The notes under the pieces are model-generated. The model saw only the letters and a program-made list of their open reading frames with translations. It was not told the origin of the DNA and did no database searches. 64,000 bases of DNA from Candidatus Gottesmanbacteria bacterium. Lineage in GTDB: Bacteria > Patescibacteriota > Microgenomatia > UBA10105 > UBA927. The stretch covers positions 555,282 through 619,281 of the forward strand of contig JAHFKK010000001.1 of NCBI GenBank assembly GCA_023245335.1, given 5' to 3'. Made by a program: the position numbers and the translations under genes. Positions 41,088 through 50,141 of the stretch are shown piece by piece (position 1 is the stretch's first letter; the number at the start of each line of letters is the position of its first letter).

Positions 41088-41819
41088 ATGATTCGCTTTA
41101 CTTCAGTTTCCAAATTTTATCCGGGGAAGATCCCGGGGGTCATAGACATCTCCGTAGAGATACCGGACGGTGAGTTTGTGTTTCTCATCGGGCCGTCAGG
41201 AAGCGGCAAGACGACGCTTTTGCGGCTCCTCACCCGCGATCTTATCGCCTCGAACGGGTCGATCATCGTTGATGACTGGGATCTCCATAAACTGACAAAG
41301 GGTACGGTACATCTTCTTCGGCGTAAAGTGGGAGTAGTATTCCAGGATTTTAAATTACTTCTGGACCGCACGGTATACGAAAATGTTGCTATGGTCCTTG
41401 AAATTTTGGGTAAGCCGCCTAAAAGTATTCCTGAAGGAGTGAGTAATGTGTTGGAGTTGGTGGGTCTGACGGATAAGAAAAACGTATTTCCCATGCAGTT
41501 ATCGGCAGGGGAGATGCAACGCGCAGGTATTGCCCGGGCAATTGTCGGCGGCCCCAAAATACTCCTTGCCGATGAACCTACAGGCAACCTCGATCCCGAA
41601 ACCGCGTGGGGCATCATCGATATCCTTGAGGAAATTAATAAACTGGGTACGACCGTCATTATCGCAAGCCACAATGCCGATATCGTCAACCGCATGAAAA
41701 AACGGACACTGACGATTGAGCACGGACATATCGTCCGCGATGAGGAAAAAGGCCACTATCATCTGACCAAGCACGAAAAGAGAGACCACAAAGGAGGCAA
41801 ACACGATGCCGCTCATTAG
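41088..41819 (+). CDS. ftsE: cell-division ABC ATPase FtsE
   Basis: Walker A GPSGSGKTT, LSAGEMQR signature, about 230-aa core, paired with ftsX. Confidence 0.9.
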   Translation: MIRFTSVSKFYPGKIPGVIDISVEIPDGEFVFLIGPSGSGKTTLLRLLTRDLIASNGSIIVDDWDLHKLTKGTVHLLRRKVGVVFQDFKLLLDRTVYENVAMVLEILGKPPKSIPEGVSNVLELVGLTDKKNVFPMQLSAGEMQRAGIARAIVGGPKILLADEPTGNLDPETAWGIIDILEEINKLGTTVIIASHNADIVNRMKKRTLTIEHGHIVRDEEKGHYHLTKHEKRDHKGGKHDAAH

Positions 41820-42699
41820 AGAAGTCCGTACCCATATCCGCAGGTCTCCCAACCAGGCTCTCGCGGCGACCCTTACCATGTTTCTGACGTTTCTCGTCGG
41901 CGGTGTTTTTTTCCTGGCATCTCTGGCGTCTGTCTCCATCCTCGGATTTTTTGAAGGTAAACCGCAGATTACGGTATTCTTTACGCCAAAAGCGGGACAG
42001 GTGGAAGCCGATAGCCTGAAGAAAAAACTGGAGGCGACCGGCAAAGTCGCATCGACCCGGTTCGTTTCGAAAGACGAAGCGCTTTCGATCTACCGCCAAC
42101 AAAATCAAAATGACCCGCTACTTCTGGAAATGGTCACCGCCGATATATTGCCCGCTTCGCTTGAAGTTTCCGCAACCGATCCGAAATATTTGGAACAGCT
42201 AGCCCCGGTCATCCAGGGAAGCGACGGCGTTGACGAAGTCGTATATCAGCGCGACGTGGTACACTCGCTCCTTGCCTGGACCAACGCAATCCGTTTGGTC
42301 GGCGGCACGCTCGCTCTCCTTTTGGCGCTTGATTCGCTGCTCATAATCGGCACAGTGATTGCTATGAAGGTCGCGCTCAAGCGGGACGAGATCGAGATTC
42401 TTACGCTGGTTGGAGCTTCCCCTTGGACCATACGTGCACCGTTTATCGTTGAGGGCGGTACGTATGGCGCGATGGGAGCAGCACTCGCGTCACTTATACT
42501 TGTCGTTGTGGTACTGTGGATGCGGCCTATGTTGTATGCATTCCTGGGGATGATTCCCGTACTGCACGCGCTTCTTGTAAACGCAACGGGCCCGGTATTT
42601 TTACTGTCCGCCGGAGGCTTCTTTGTCGGCACTATTCTCTTGGGATTTGTCCTGGGAGCAGTAGGGAGTTGGACGGCTCTTATTCGTTATCTAAATTAA
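41806..42699 (+). CDS. ftsX: cell-division permease-like protein FtsX
   Basis: 297 aa. TM1 followed by an extracytoplasmic domain, then three C-terminal TM helices. Confidence 0.88.
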   Translation: MPLIREVRTHIRRSPNQALAATLTMFLTFLVGGVFFLASLASVSILGFFEGKPQITVFFTPKAGQVEADSLKKKLEATGKVASTRFVSKDEALSIYRQQNQNDPLLLEMVTADILPASLEVSATDPKYLEQLAPVIQGSDGVDEVVYQRDVVHSLLAWTNAIRLVGGTLALLLALDSLLIIGTVIAMKVALKRDEIEILTLVGASPWTIRAPFIVEGGTYGAMGAALASLILVVVVLWMRPMLYAFLGMIPVLHALLVNATGPVFLLSAGGFFVGTILLGFVLGAVGSWTALIRYLN

Positions 42700-42716
42700 C
42701 GTACGTAAGCACATGC

Positions 42717-43910
42717 ATGAGAAGGTTTTTTCAGATTATCGTCATTGTCGGCATCACCGTGCTTTTGGGAGCACAGGTATTCGCGCAATCGAATGATGAT
42801 ATACAGAAGCAGATTGACTTCTATAATCAGCAAATCAGCAATCTCCAGTCTCAAAAGGATACGCTTTCCAAACAGATTTCTCTCCTGAATTCGCAAATTA
42901 CCCTCACGACCCTGCAGATAGACGATACCAAGCAGAAAATATCGGCACTGGATACAGAGATAGGCCAGCTTGATGGGGAAATAGGTAGGTTGGAAACGCT
43001 CAAGACCCAAAGGCTGGAACTCGTACTGCATCGCATACCGCAATCATACAAACGGTCCGCGGCATCGCAATTCGGGTGGTTACTGTTCAGTAAGGATTTC
43101 ACCGAGCTCATCACTCGGGCGAAGTACCTTGCCCAGCTGCAGGAAGAAGATACACAGCTCTATAAACAACTGCAGCTCGCACAAAACGACTACAACGACC
43201 GGAAAGACACCCGGGAAAAGAAAAAGGTAGAGCAGGAAGCACTTCGGACACAGCTCGTTCAGCGGACGAACTTACTTGCGCAGCAAAAAAGCGAAAAACA
43301 ATCGCTCCTTTCCCAGACGCAAAATGATGAAAGCCGGTATCAGCAACTGTTAGCGCAGGCACGGGCACAGCTAGCAGGATTTGCGAGCTTTGCTTCGAGC
43401 CAGGGCGGAGGACTGCTCGGCGGGCAAACGCATTGTGACGGATGGGGATGCTACTACAACCAACGCGATAGCCAGTGGGGGAACATGCTCATAAACGGCA
43501 GGAATGACTGCGGCGGTGCCTGCAGCATCTCGCGCGTCGGATGCCTCATTACCTCGATTGCTATGGTCGCAAGCCATATGGGACATAACGACATAACGCC
43601 TGCCGATATCGCGTCCTCCGATCCAAACAACTTTTCGGTCGGGACCGCTATGTTGCGGTATTCAATAAACGTAAAGGGAGTGAATATCTCTAGGATCGCT
43701 ACGTCGCTTTCTCCGGATAACGTCAAAGATAATCCGGTGGTAGTGGGTATACGATGGGGTCCGTTCGGGACGCACTTTGTCGTCATCAAATCCTATGACG
43801 GCAGCCATTACATCATGAATGATCCGTATCAGGAAGGCGGCCACGACAAGGTATTTACCGACAGTTACTCCTTGGGAAGCGTTTTCGAGGTAGATCGGGT
43901 GTCAATATAG
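42717..43910 (+). CDS. secreted coiled-coil protein with a C-terminal C39-like (papain-fold) peptidase domain; putative FtsEX-controlled peptidoglycan hydrolase (PcsB/EnvC/CwlO analogue)
   Basis: Signal peptide (AQVFA-QS), about 220 aa of Q/L-rich coiled coil, then NDCGGAC...IAMVASHMG (Cys motif), THFVVIKSYDGSHYIMNDP (His/Asp motif), matching the Peptidase_C39-like pattern. The 42516 upstream extension is rejected. Confidence 0.7.
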   Translation: MRRFFQIIVIVGITVLLGAQVFAQSNDDIQKQIDFYNQQISNLQSQKDTLSKQISLLNSQITLTTLQIDDTKQKISALDTEIGQLDGEIGRLETLKTQRLELVLHRIPQSYKRSAASQFGWLLFSKDFTELITRAKYLAQLQEEDTQLYKQLQLAQNDYNDRKDTREKKKVEQEALRTQLVQRTNLLAQQKSEKQSLLSQTQNDESRYQQLLAQARAQLAGFASFASSQGGGLLGGQTHCDGWGCYYNQRDSQWGNMLINGRNDCGGACSISRVGCLITSIAMVASHMGHNDITPADIASSDPNNFSVGTAMLRYSINVKGVNISRIATSLSPDNVKDNPVVVGIRWGPFGTHFVVIKSYDGSHYIMNDPYQEGGHDKVFTDSYSLGSVFEVDRVSI

Positions 43911-43953
43911 TCTTCAGAGGGAGGTTTAAACCTAATCAACCCGTCGGGTTGTC

Positions 43954-44040
43954 GCGTTTACTCCCGTATCAGGAAGGCGGCCATGACAAAGTGTTTACTG
44001 ATAGCTATTCACTGGGAAGTGTGTTTGAGGTAGACCGCGT
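43954..44040 (+). repeat. direct repeat: second copy of the last 28 codons plus stop of the preceding gene (first copy 43824..43910), differing only at synonymous positions
   Basis: Both copies translate to PYQEGGHDKVFTDSYSLGSVFEVDRVSI*. There are about 16 nucleotide differences, all at third codon positions or Leu/Arg synonymous positions. Confidence 0.85.
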
Positions 44041-44083
44041 GTCTATATAGTTCTTCTGTTTATTGGAGTTATATAGAGCGTTT

Positions 44084-44674
44084 CTAGTGTCTACTCTTAA
44101 CGATGCTGTCAATCCAAGTTGCGATTCCTATTCTTCCAACGATTCGTGTAAAGAAATAATTGACGAAATGATCATCGCCACGATCGTATGTGGCAACGAT
44201 AGCATTGTAGGTAGGTAATTGTTTCTTCGTGCCATATTCTATGTCTAGCTCTTGTATGTGAATACCTCCATTTTCTAGAAATCTCGTTATCGGTATCTCC
44301 TGAGCTAATGTTTGACGATCGGTTATTACATATTTCCCCTGGTTAAACGCGGCGTGAAGGACACCCAGTCGTTGAAGCCTTTCCCATGTTTGACTGTGGA
44401 CGATTTCCGTGGTGACTACAGGTCCCGGTCCGACATTCGAAATGAATTTTTTAAGTAGCGCTCGGCCATGCCCTTCACGCGTGCGCGGTTGCGTGTTTAT
44501 TGAACATAATTCAGCCGATCCAAATATTCTGCGTGGTCGATAACTTAGCTGACCTAAATAGTCGGGCTCAACTAAACTAAGAACAACAACGTCGTTAGGT
44601 GATCTTCTGCGACCTTCTTTGATTGGCATACGGGCGATTATACTGCGACGATTGTAATTTGGACAAATACGCAA
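44084..44674 (-). CDS. hypothetical protein, possible GNAT-like acetyltransferase fold
   Basis: An R-E-G-H-G-R-A motif resembling the GNAT acetyl-CoA-binding motif A. Weak. Confidence 0.35.
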   Translation of the reverse strand: MRICPNYNRRSIIARMPIKEGRRRSPNDVVVLSLVEPDYLGQLSYRPRRIFGSAELCSINTQPRTREGHGRALLKKFISNVGPGPVVTTEIVHSQTWERLQRLGVLHAAFNQGKYVITDRQTLAQEIPITRFLENGGIHIQELDIEYGTKKQLPTYNAIVATYDRGDDHFVNYFFTRIVGRIGIATWIDSIVKSRH

Positions 44675-44733
44675 GTCTTTGTCTCACATCGTACAGACTA
44701 GGTTATACAGGTTGAGATAAACTATATTTCCAG

Positions 44734-45567
44734 ATGAATCATCTGCCTGGGTTGGGCATCATTTGGAGTTTTTTCGTTCCTCTTGTGTTTGCCGCACAAT
44801 CGCTTACTGCTTCTGACGTTCCGAAAACCCTCGACGAAAAATCCGAAATGCAGGTGACGGTATCCCTGAATTGTGCGGGGTGCGCTGACTCGTATTTGCG
44901 CGGCGTATTTTATCCCAGCGGCACCAGCTATTTCGGATACACACAGGACAATACTGGGAAGTGGAGTAACGCTCCCGGATCCGGCTGTAAGGAATATTAT
45001 GCGGTACTCTCGACGGATTTAGGTAAGGAAGGCACGTGGAGCGGGAGCATCAAAGTAAAGCCCGATACGGAAAGCAGTACTTACACAGGTCCCGGAGAAT
45101 ACTTATTTAAAGTCGGCCGATACCCGGGGGGTTGCGGATCTCCCTCATCGGGCGGGTGGTCAAATGAATCGATCGTCGCAATCACGGGTCCCACGCATAC
45201 TCCAACTCCTGCGCCGTCGGCGACCCCAAATCCTACCGATATTCCTCATCCGACCGCGACTCATACGCCTTCACCCGCATCTACACCCATGACGACGCCA
45301 ATACTCACGCCGTCGTCCGGTCTAACGCCGCCTCCCACAACGACTGAAATCCCTGATATACTTGGAGAAAGTAGCACTTCAGGAAGCATTGACGAATCCG
45401 ACACGCTACCGGAGACGAACGATGAGGCGACGGTTAGCGGACAGAAGTCCGGCGTATCACCGTTTATGCTTTCGTTCCTGTGTATTGGTGTCGGATTTGC
45501 ACTTCTTTCGGCGGCGGTCGCATGGCAGAAAACAGACGTATGGAAAAAAATCATACAAAAAAAGTAA
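44734..45567 (+). CDS. cell-surface protein: signal peptide, globular domain, Pro/Thr-rich linker, C-terminal TM anchor with a basic tail
   Basis: PT-rich low-complexity linker (PTPAPSATPNPTDIPHPTATHTPSP...). C-terminal hydrophobic helix followed by KKIIQKK. Confidence 0.6.
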   Translation: MNHLPGLGIIWSFFVPLVFAAQSLTASDVPKTLDEKSEMQVTVSLNCAGCADSYLRGVFYPSGTSYFGYTQDNTGKWSNAPGSGCKEYYAVLSTDLGKEGTWSGSIKVKPDTESSTYTGPGEYLFKVGRYPGGCGSPSSGGWSNESIVAITGPTHTPTPAPSATPNPTDIPHPTATHTPSPASTPMTTPILTPSSGLTPPPTTTEIPDILGESSTSGSIDESDTLPETNDEATVSGQKSGVSPFMLSFLCIGVGFALLSAAVAWQKTDVWKKIIQKK

Positions 45568-45995
45568 CCAAGACCCTGCGGCTGCTTATGTTCGGCTACT
45601 GGGTTCCGGTCGTACTGTGGATGATGACGATATTCGTATTTTCGAGCCAGCATAGCGTGAAAGTTTCTCCGGAGTACTGGCTCAACTTCGCTTTCTTCAA
45701 GATGCTGCACGTCATCGAATATATGACGCTCTTTACACTATCGTATCGGGCTGCTGCTGCGACCTACCCTACCAATAGGAGGGTGTGGGGGATCATGGCC
45801 TTTATGATCGCACTTCTCTATGCAATGAGCGATGAGGCGCACCAGATCTTTACTCCCACGAGAGAACCGACCGTCCGCGATGTTATAATTGACGCCATCG
45901 GGGCAGGACTCATATGGTTTTACCTAGCAAGATTACTACACAAAGCGCCGAAGCTACTCAAAGGTTGGGCGCGGAATTTGGACATTCCTTACTAG
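45540..45995 (+). CDS. VanZ-family membrane protein
   Basis: Four TM helices with VanZ-like conserved segments ([28 protein letters not shown]). The start is uncertain among 45480, 45522, 45540 and 45588. Confidence 0.6.
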   Translation: MEKNHTKKVTKTLRLLMFGYWVPVVLWMMTIFVFSSQHSVKVSPEYWLNFAFFKMLHVIEYMTLFTLSYRAAAATYPTNRRVWGIMAFMIALLYAMSDEAHQIFTPTREPTVRDVIIDAIGAGLIWFYLARLLHKAPKLLKGWARNLDIPY

Positions 45996-46366
45996 AAAAG
46001 GGGAGTGGTCTTCCCAAGGTGCTTTGTTTGTGGGGAGAACTCGGCAGTGGCAAAACGACATTCGTACAGGGAATTGCCAAGGGAATCGGGATTGCCAGTC
46101 GCCTCCTCTCGCCTACCTTTATTATTGTGCGACGTTATGATATCCCAAAGACCGAGATAGTTTTGTATCACCTGGATTTGTATCGGATGCGCGGAAATAC
46201 CGACATTGAGGGTTTAGGGTTTAAAGACATGCTTAAGGATCCCAACGCGCTCGTCGTCATAGAATGGCCGGAGCGGTTAGGCACGTTTCTACCTGTGAGG
46301 CGGATAGACGCCCGATTTGCCGTCACGGAGGGCGATCAGCATACTATAGATATAAAGGAAGTATGA
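45914..46366 (+). CDS. tsaE: tRNA threonylcarbamoyladenosine (t6A) biosynthesis protein TsaE
   Basis: P-loop [15 protein letters not shown] and about 150 aa, aligning with E. coli YjeE. Confidence 0.85.
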   Translation: MVLPSKITTQSAEATQRLGAEFGHSLLEKGSGLPKVLCLWGELGSGKTTFVQGIAKGIGIASRLLSPTFIIVRRYDIPKTEIVLYHLDLYRMRGNTDIEGLGFKDMLKDPNALVVIEWPERLGTFLPVRRIDARFAVTEGDQHTIDIKEV

Positions 46367-46959
46367 CCATAGACGAACACATAAAACAGGCGGTGAGTGC
46401 CCTCAGGAAGGGTGGGATCGTCATATACCCGACAGATACAGCGTTCGGTATAGGGTGCCGGATCGATGATAGAGCCGCTGTTGATACATTATTTACGATC
46501 CGTAAACGTCCGTTGACACAGGCCACACCCGTATTAGTCGATAGTATAGAGCAGTCGCTCTCCTATCTTGATTCCCCTTCTGATATTGTGCGACGTTTGA
46601 TGGATACGTATTGGCCGGGGGCGTTGACGATTATAGGAAAATGCAAAAAAAATCTGATCCACTCCCCTATCCGCGGCGGCGGTGAAACAGTCGGCTTCAG
46701 GATGCCGGACCACGAGACGGCCTTAGCTATAGTCCGCGGGGTGGGTGTTCCCATACTCGGGCCGTCTGCAAATTTTCACGGGAGCCCTACTCCCTACACA
46801 TTCGAGTCGCTTGACCCGGAATTGGTCAAGCTGGTCGACTACGTAGTACCGGGCACGGGTAAAGCGGGAAATGTTTCTACGGTTGTGGATACGACGACAA
46901 GTCCGGTAACTATCGTGCGACAAGGCGCGGTGATGCTACATCCGGAGGAATTAGTATGA
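46363..46959 (+). CDS. tsaC: threonylcarbamoyl-AMP synthase, short YrdC-type
   Basis: YrdC/Sua5 fold (IVIYPTDTAFGIGC, GPSANFHG); 198 aa with no Sua5 C-terminal domain. Its ATG overlaps the tsaE stop codon. Confidence 0.85.
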   Translation: MTIDEHIKQAVSALRKGGIVIYPTDTAFGIGCRIDDRAAVDTLFTIRKRPLTQATPVLVDSIEQSLSYLDSPSDIVRRLMDTYWPGALTIIGKCKKNLIHSPIRGGGETVGFRMPDHETALAIVRGVGVPILGPSANFHGSPTPYTFESLDPELVKLVDYVVPGTGKAGNVSTVVDTTTSPVTIVRQGAVMLHPEELV

Positions 46960-47273
46960 AAAAAGATGTGACATTGTCTATCGATACATCGGTCATGGAG
47001 ACGGCAAGCGTTGCTGTAGTAATCGGCGACGACCGCTTTGAAAAAACGAGCCAGTCGCGGATTATGAAATCCCAAATGGTGTTGCCGCTTATAGAAGACA
47101 TACTTTTTGAACACGACCTGAAATTCACGGACATTACAAAGATACAAGTCGCGATAGGCCCCGGTTCGTTTACCGGACTGCGGGTCGGTTGTGCGGTCGC
47201 AAACGCCTTGGGGTTTCTCCTCCACGTACCGGTGAATGGAAAACGGACACTTGCGACACCGGTCTATTCATGA
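46956..47273 (+). CDS. tsaB: TsaB (YeaZ)-like protein, N-terminal domain only (105 aa)
   Basis: LSIDTS ... IGPGSFTGLRVG ... HVPV matches the TsaB/TsaD N-terminal ASKHA segment. The ORF ends well before normal TsaB length, and no continuation exists in the other frames. Confidence 0.6.
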   Translation: MKKDVTLSIDTSVMETASVAVVIGDDRFEKTSQSRIMKSQMVLPLIEDILFEHDLKFTDITKIQVAIGPGSFTGLRVGCAVANALGFLLHVPVNGKRTLATPVYS

Positions 47274-47312
47274 TACGTATATATAAGTAATAATTTTGTC
47301 CGCCTAACCTTG

Positions 47313-47410
47313 CTTTGCGACTTTTCAGTACTATTCGTACACGTCGCAAAGAGCGGTTGAGCGGCGGATCTAAGAGACACTAATCCCGACACAGTCGGAA
47401 AAGTGTCTCT
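47313..47410 (+). other. two strong RNA hairpins in the tsaB-downstream intergenic region (CTTTGCGAC-N21-GTCGCAAAG; AGAGACAC-N22-GTGTCTCT with a nested CCGAC/GTCGG stem)
   Basis: Perfect 9-bp and 8-bp inverted repeats read directly from the sequence. They lie between the tsaB stop codon and the AAGGAG ribosome-binding site of the next gene. Confidence 0.6.
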
Positions 47411-47427
47411 AAGAAAAGGAGTTATAT

Positions 47428-48063
47428 ATGGCAGAAAAAAAAGCTGAACAGAAAGCAGAAAAAAAGTCCACGAATCCGTTGGTATTTGTGGGTATCGGGT
47501 GCTTAGTGCTCATTGTCATTGTGGGTGTAGTTTCGTCAGTAGTTATGAAGTTCTTTGCCAAACGTATAGGCACGGGACTGCTGCAAGGGGCGATTGAAAA
47601 TAGGACGGGCGTCAAGACCAATCTCCAGGATCTGGAGAAAGGTAAAATGACCTTCACGGATACCAAAACCGGCGCCCAAGTAGATATCGGCGGCGGGAAA
47701 GTGCCGGATAACTTCCCGAAAGATTTTCCGCTCTATCCTGGCGCGAAAGTGACCAGTTCCTTAAGCGGCGCACAAAGCGGGAAGTCAAACGGGTTCTGGT
47801 TGACGTTATCCACAGCCGACTCTGTCGACGCCGTGACGACGTATTACAAAAGCCAATTGGCGAGTAAGTCTTGGACCGTCCAGCAAACCTATACGACCGG
47901 GGACACGATGACAGAAACCATAACCAAAGGGATGTGGAGCGGGTCGCTTGCCGTCACGAAGAGTTCGTCCGACAAAGAGACGCAAATAGTCATCATTCTG
48001 GGTTCGGATAACGAAACGCCGACTCCGGAGCCGACAGCCGATCAGTCGGGATCCGGCTATTAA
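47428..48063 (+). CDS. hypothetical membrane-anchored protein
   Basis: Strong ribosome-binding site AAAGGAG, Lys-rich N-terminus, one TM helix, Thr/Ser-rich ectodomain. Confidence 0.5.
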   Translation: MAEKKAEQKAEKKSTNPLVFVGIGCLVLIVIVGVVSSVVMKFFAKRIGTGLLQGAIENRTGVKTNLQDLEKGKMTFTDTKTGAQVDIGGGKVPDNFPKDFPLYPGAKVTSSLSGAQSGKSNGFWLTLSTADSVDAVTTYYKSQLASKSWTVQQTYTTGDTMTETITKGMWSGSLAVTKSSSDKETQIVIILGSDNETPTPEPTADQSGSGY

Positions 48064-48128
48064 AAGGCATTTCCAGAGAGGGGCTGGTATTTTAGAGTTG
48101 CCCTGGGCTATGATGGATATATCTGGAT

Positions 48129-49082
48129 ATGAATATTTTTCGGATACTTCATCATTGGCTCGTCCCTCACGAAGCAAATAATCATCGTGCCAAAGCGCTC
48201 CATCACGAAGCGTTGCTTGCGTACGTGTTGCTTTTAGGAGTATTTAACCTCGGAATTAAATTTCTTCACAAGCAGGCTCCCGACGTGTTGGGATATGCGA
48301 CAGATATCCGGGTGGAGCAGCTATTGGCAGACACCAATGCCCAGCGTGCACAGACGGGATTATCTCAGCTGACCTTAAATAGTACACTATCCCAGGCTGC
48401 AGCCGCGAAAGCGGCAGACATGTTTGCCAATAATTACTGGGCACATAACAGTCCGCAGGGCAAAACCCCTTGGGATTTCATCGTGGGTTCCGGGTATCGG
48501 TATACGCTTGCAGGAGAGAACCTTGCTAAAAATTTTCAGACGAGTGACGGTGTTGTTGCGGCGTGGATGGGATCGCCGTCTCATCGGGCAAATATCGTCA
48601 AGCCCGGATATCAGGATGTCGGGTTTGCAGTCGTCAACGGAGTCCTTAACGGGGAAGAGACGACTCTAGTGGTCCAGATGTTTGGCGCGACAAACGCGAA
48701 GCCGGTAGCTCAAATTCCTCAAGTCCAGGCTGCCGCCCCCGAACCGGCAAAAACCGTCGTGTTACCTAAGGAACCGGCCGCACAAACCTCAGAGAAAATT
48801 CCAGTAGTATCAGCGGAGCCGCAGACCATCATACAGCCTGCCGCACAACCGGTTCTTACCATGGGAGCGGTGAAAACAACCCCGCTCATTAACATATCAG
48901 GATTGACGCAGCGAGTCGGATACGTATTTGTCGGGCTTCTCATCGGGGTACTTGCAGTTGACGCATACGTCGTGTCAAAGCGACGTGTGGTCCGGCTCGT
49001 GGGTCACAATATCGCGCATATATTATTTTTGGCAACAATCATAATTAGCGGACTGACGCTTGTACGCGGATCACTCATATGA
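48129..49082 (+). CDS. CAP/SCP (YkwD-like) domain protein with a C-terminal TM anchor
   Basis: CAP domain motifs (HNSPQG, GENLA, the HRANI region). About 100-aa Pro/Ala linker and a terminal TM helix. Confidence 0.7.
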   Translation: MNIFRILHHWLVPHEANNHRAKALHHEALLAYVLLLGVFNLGIKFLHKQAPDVLGYATDIRVEQLLADTNAQRAQTGLSQLTLNSTLSQAAAAKAADMFANNYWAHNSPQGKTPWDFIVGSGYRYTLAGENLAKNFQTSDGVVAAWMGSPSHRANIVKPGYQDVGFAVVNGVLNGEETTLVVQMFGATNAKPVAQIPQVQAAAPEPAKTVVLPKEPAAQTSEKIPVVSAEPQTIIQPAAQPVLTMGAVKTTPLINISGLTQRVGYVFVGLLIGVLAVDAYVVSKRRVVRLVGHNIAHILFLATIIISGLTLVRGSLI

Positions 49083-49327
49083 AATATCATCAATTCATTC
49101 ACGGTTTTGTGCTGTTTTGTATCCTAGCCGGTGGGGCGCTGACGTTTTGGTATGCGGCCGGGGACACACGATTGCAGCTCACCGCAGGAGTGGTGACCTC
49201 TATCGCGTATGTTGCGTGGGGAATTATCCATCATGCGCTGCAAGGAGATCTCCACCGTAATGTTGTGATAGAATATATCCTCATCGGATCAATTGCCATC
49301 GTACTACTTTTGACGTTGGCGTTATAA
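49079..49327 (+). CDS. small two-TM membrane protein
   Basis: 82-aa hydrophobic ORF, translationally coupled (ATGA) to the CAP protein gene. Confidence 0.4.
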   Translation: MKYHQFIHGFVLFCILAGGALTFWYAAGDTRLQLTAGVVTSIAYVAWGIIHHALQGDLHRNVVIEYILIGSIAIVLLLTLAL

Positions 49328-49345
49328 CCGGAAAGGAGTAGATTT

Positions 49346-50095
49346 ATGAAAGGCGTCATACTTGCAGGAGGGCTCGCGACCAGACTTCGGCCGCTTACGC
49401 TCGTGACCAACAAACATTTGCTTCCCGTCTACAACAAGCCCATGATTTATTACCCCATGGAAATGATGCGGAAAGTAGGTATGAAAGAAGTGCTTCTTAT
49501 CACAAGCGGCGAGCACGTCGGAGACTTTGCCAACCTTTTGAAGTCCGGTGATGAGTTTGACATGCGGCTCTACTATGCGATCCAACAGAATCCGACCGGA
49601 GGTATCTCCGATGCGCTGAAGCTGGCGGAAGAATTTGCCCATCACGAACCGCTTTTGGTTATCTTGGGAGACAATATTTTTAACTTTGACCTGCAGAAAT
49701 CCATTGATCGATTTGAAAGGTTTTTGGAAAAGGATAAACGAGCGGCTATGGTATTTGGTGTCCATCGGGACACAGAAGCCAGGCAATACGGCGTCATCGA
49801 GATGGACGATAAAGGAAAGGTCTTGAGTATTGAAGAAAAACCGGAGAAGCCCAGAAGCGATATCGCACAGACGGGGATCTATCTTTATGATCACCGGGTA
49901 TTTGATTTCGTGCGTGAGCTCAAGCCTTCCGCTCGGGGACAACTAGAGGTTACCGACCTCAATAACGTGTATCTAAAAGAAAAGTCATTGATGTGTGAAG
50001 TTATCGATTGGTGGGTTGATGCAGGAACCTCGCACGACGAATTATTGGCCGCTAACCTTCAGGTGGCGGAACGGGTAAAACAGGGAAAACTGTGA
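49346..50095 (+). CDS. rmlA: glucose-1-phosphate thymidylyltransferase (short-form RmlA)
   Basis: MKGVILAGGLATRLRPLT...KPMIYYP...LGDNIF aligns closely with the RmlA N-terminal and catalytic regions; 249 aa. Confidence 0.8.
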   Translation: MKGVILAGGLATRLRPLTLVTNKHLLPVYNKPMIYYPMEMMRKVGMKEVLLITSGEHVGDFANLLKSGDEFDMRLYYAIQQNPTGGISDALKLAEEFAHHEPLLVILGDNIFNFDLQKSIDRFERFLEKDKRAAMVFGVHRDTEARQYGVIEMDDKGKVLSIEEKPEKPRSDIAQTGIYLYDHRVFDFVRELKPSARGQLEVTDLNNVYLKEKSLMCEVIDWWVDAGTSHDELLAANLQVAERVKQGKL

Positions 50096-50141
50096 CGCGT
50101 AACGGCAAACAGGCTTTTGTAGTACTAGCGATTAATACTGT

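Noticed and set aside
42516-42716. Long N-terminal extension of the coiled-coil/C39 gene overlapping ftsX
   Set aside because: The extension overlaps the ftsX coding sequence in another frame. A signal peptide begins at M 42717, which is the expected start for a secreted protein.
45380-45420. LPETN motif 15 residues before the C-terminal TM helix and basic tail of the surface protein (sortase-like sorting signal?)
   Set aside because: It is not LPxTG (Asn instead of Gly). The spacing to the hydrophobic segment is longer than in sortase substrates, and no sortase gene is visible in the window.
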